From Clostridia bacterium (GTDB lineage Bacteria > Bacillota > Clostridia > RGIG6154), in assembly GCA_045589295.1 (NCBI GenBank), contig JAZNOU010000003.1, positions 1 through 43,273 on the forward strand: 43,273 bases of DNA. The letters run 5' to 3'. The notes under the pieces are model-generated. The model saw only the letters and a program-made list of their open reading frames with translations, was not told where the DNA came from and made no database searches. The position numbers were made by a program, and so were the translations under genes. Positions 41,288 through 43,273 of this stretch are shown piece after piece; position 1 is the stretch's first letter, and the number at the start of each line of letters is the position of its first letter.

Positions 41288-41584
41288 ATGAAAAAATTAA
41301 AAGGTAAATTTACAACTATACTCAATAAAATTATTACTGATAAAAGTATCAGCGGAAACGAATTTAAGATACTGTGTTATCTCTGTATGAGGTCAGGTGA
41401 TGACAACTCCTGCTTCCCTTCTTTTGATACTATACATCAGGATACAGGTATTGGTTTATCAACTGTTAAAAATACGATACCCAAGTTGGTTGAGTCAGGT
41501 TACATAATCAAGGTAAATCGCAAAAAGAGCAATGGATGTTCCACATCTAATCTCTATCGGTTGACCGAGAAAGTGCTTGAATAA
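41288..41584 (+). CDS. Small winged helix-turn-helix protein (HTH_36-like, as in replication initiator N-termini)
   Basis: ATG after AAGGAGG; KILCYL, CFPSFDTI...TG.G.STV...I.KLVESGYI, G..TSNLY.L. Confidence 0.82.
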   Translation: MKKLKGKFTTILNKIITDKSISGNEFKILCYLCMRSGDDNSCFPSFDTIHQDTGIGLSTVKNTIPKLVESGYIIKVNRKKSNGCSTSNLYRLTEKVLE

Positions 41585-41774
41585 ATGGTGGTTGTTTTTT
41601 GACTTAGGTGGTGTGAAAAACGGCTACAAATAATACTAAGTTAATAATAACAAAAGGGTTATTGGATAAGAATAATATAGCCAATAAAATAAAACGATGA
41701 TCTAATTGATTAGCTTCTCTCACAGAGATTTGCAAATCAATTATTTTTTTATTCCAATATCCCTAAAAATTATC

Positions 41775-41890
41775 GGGCACGAGAATTTGAGTTTTTCCCA
41801 GACTTGGTCTGGGGCAAGCATAGCGTCCGGCTGTCCGCCTGACGCGTTGTGCCGCCCTGACGGCACACTATTCGGGCAGAAGCCCGGACC
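41775..41890. other. Putative origin of transfer (oriT)
   Basis: GC-rich non-coding patch directly upstream of mobC with four inverted repeats. The minus strand carries TATGCTTGC (41814-41822), resembling MOBP nic sites. Confidence 0.6.
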
Positions 41891-41915
41891 CACTTTGATT
41901 AAGGAGGTAATATAA

Positions 41916-42229
41916 ATGTCAAAAAAAAAAGAGATAAGACATTAACAATACGAGTTACAGAGAAAGAAAAACAATATATTCAAAAGCGTGCAGACAAAGC
42001 AGAACTAAGTGTTACAGATTATATGGTCAGACTTTCCAACGAAACACCCATCTATATTCCTGTCGATATGCAACCGTTTTTATTAGAATTTAAGCGCATC
42101 GGTAACAATATTAATCAGCTGACACAGAAGGTTAACGCAAAGGTGTTTTACTCATATAATTTCGAAGAATTTGTCAGTGCTATTAACAAATTAAATGATC
42201 GCATTGGAGAGATTGCGAGGCGAGATTAA
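41916..42229 (+). pseudogene. mobC: Relaxosome protein MobC, frameshifted in an A10 homopolymer (41921-41930)
   Basis: SD AAGGAGGT and ATG at 41916 give MSKKKEIRH*. The -1 frame continues RDKTLTIRVTEKEKQYIQKRADKAELSVTDYMVRLS (ribbon-helix-helix) and KRIGNNINQL (MobC motif) to TAA at 42229. Confidence 0.85.
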
Positions 42230-43273
42230 TGGCAACAGTAAATGTAATTCCTGAAGCAAAACAAAGCCCAAGCGCAATGCGTGGTCTCATCAATTATTGT
42301 CTGAGGGAAGAGAAAACGTTTGATGTGAATTCAGGCAGAAAATTAATCACCGGAATTAATTGTATTGGCGAAAATGCCTATGCAGAATTTATGACAACAA
42401 AAGCAGTTTATCATAAAGAAACCGGTATGAATTTCTATCATTTTTCTCAATCGTTTTCACCTGAAGAAAAAATCACACCCGAGCAAGTACATGAGGTAGG
42501 AATTGAGTTTGCTAAACGAGCTTGGCCGGGACATGAAGTTTTAGTTTGTACACATATGGACGAGCCACATTTACACTCCAATTTTGTTGTTAATTCTGTG
42601 AATTTTGAAAACGGTTCTAAGATACATTTCACCCCCAACTCCCTAAAAGTATTAAGAGATATAAGTGATGAAATTTGTATCAGTCATGGCTTCTCTGTGC
42701 TACCGCCTTATCAAAAAGGCGGCAGAAGTATTTCAACAAGAGAATATCGTGCTGCAGAAAAAGGTCAGAGCTGGAAGTTCAGACTTATGAGTGATATTCA
42801 AGATGCTATGAAATGTAGCGGTAATCGAAATAAATTTACAAAAGAAATGGCAAAACGAGGATACCAAATGAGGTGGACGGATGAGAGAAAATATATCACT
42901 TTCACTTGTCCGAATGGAAAACTGTGCAGGGATATTAAACTGCACGATGATAAATTTTTAAAGGAGATGATTGAAAATGAATTCAAGATACGAGAACAAC
43001 TCACAAAAGAACTTCTCGATGGAAGAATTAATCAAGAGGAACTCTTCAAATTTGGAAGAACTCGCACAACAGACTTATCAAGTGGAGATATGCTCCATAC
43101 CGAAGAAACAGAGGTCAATCGAGATACAACTAATGAAGGATATGGTAGAATTTCAACCGAAGCTGTACGAAATGATAACGGCATTGGCAACGAACGATAT
43201 GATAGCCGAGAATCAAGCAGACTTAATGAATCAACTACTACAGGAGCTAGCCAAGATGACAAACTATATTCAG
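42229..43273 (+). CDS. Relaxase / mobilization nuclease, MOBP family (3' truncated by the window end)
   Basis: Not in the ORF track because it has no stop. ATG overlaps the mobC stop (TAATG) and the frame is open for 348 codons. Motif I LINY(23)C, motif II YHFSQSFSPEE, motif III THMDEPHLHSNFVVNSV. Confidence 0.92.
   Translation, partial: MATVNVIPEAKQSPSAMRGLINYCLREEKTFDVNSGRKLITGINCIGENAYAEFMTTKAVYHKETGMNFYHFSQSFSPEEKITPEQVHEVGIEFAKRAWPGHEVLVCTHMDEPHLHSNFVVNSVNFENGSKIHFTPNSLKVLRDISDEICISHGFSVLPPYQKGGRSISTREYRAAEKGQSWKFRLMSDIQDAMKCSGNRNKFTKEMAKRGYQMRWTDERKYITFTCPNGKLCRDIKLHDDKFLKEMIENEFKIREQLTKELLDGRINQEELFKFGRTRTTDLSSGDMLHTEETEVNRDTTNEGYGRISTEAVRNDNGIGNERYDSRESSRLNESTTTGASQDDKLYS

Larger units (their letters stand above)
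38334..43273 (+). mobile_element. Putative integrative mobilizable element (IME) at the 3' end of lysS, truncated by the window end
   Basis: Core genes stop at lysS. They are followed by arm-like repeats, non-core cargo, a wHTH gene, an oriT-like region, mobC and a MOBP relaxase. No integrase or other att site is in the window, so the boundary is approximate. Confidence 0.75.

Noticed and set aside
41706-41915. 69-aa plus-strand ORF
   Set aside because: Overlies the oriT-like inverted repeats and the mobC SD; no SD of its own.
42023-42229. 68-aa ORF as a complete gene
   Set aside because: It is the C-terminal part of mobC; the RHH domain lies upstream in the same frame and the SD-supported ATG is at 41916.

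Overview
Low-GC chromosomal window from a spore-forming Clostridia-type Firmicute (inferred from gene content). Bases 1-135 look like the right end of an IS200/IS605-family element. A long core region follows, mostly on the minus strand: galE, cyclophilin, cinA, thiI with a cysteine desulfurase, ligA, yunB, the galacturonate operon uxaB-uxaA-uxaC, and an mglBAC galactoside ABC transporter. Next come a purine operon (purE-purM-purN-purO-like-purH-purD-purL) under a clear ZTP (pfl) riboswitch, the spoIIA operon, valS with two upstream genes, tRNA-Pro(GGG), a SipL-like coat protein, a germinant receptor operon (A, B, C plus an unlisted 51-aa membrane ORF), nrdR and lysS. Directly after lysS a putative integrative mobilizable element begins and runs off the window end. 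It carries integrase arm-like TACGCCA repeats, a two-gene cargo operon, a small wHTH gene, an oriT-like region, a mobC frameshifted in an A10 tract, and a MOBP relaxase. The cargo operon pairs a 579-aa ApeA-like HEPN protein with a 302-aa protein that by eye resembles tandem YlbF/YmcA domains; it is the best candidate for an undescribed, probably anti-phage, system. All family calls come from motif recognition by eye; no database searches were run.
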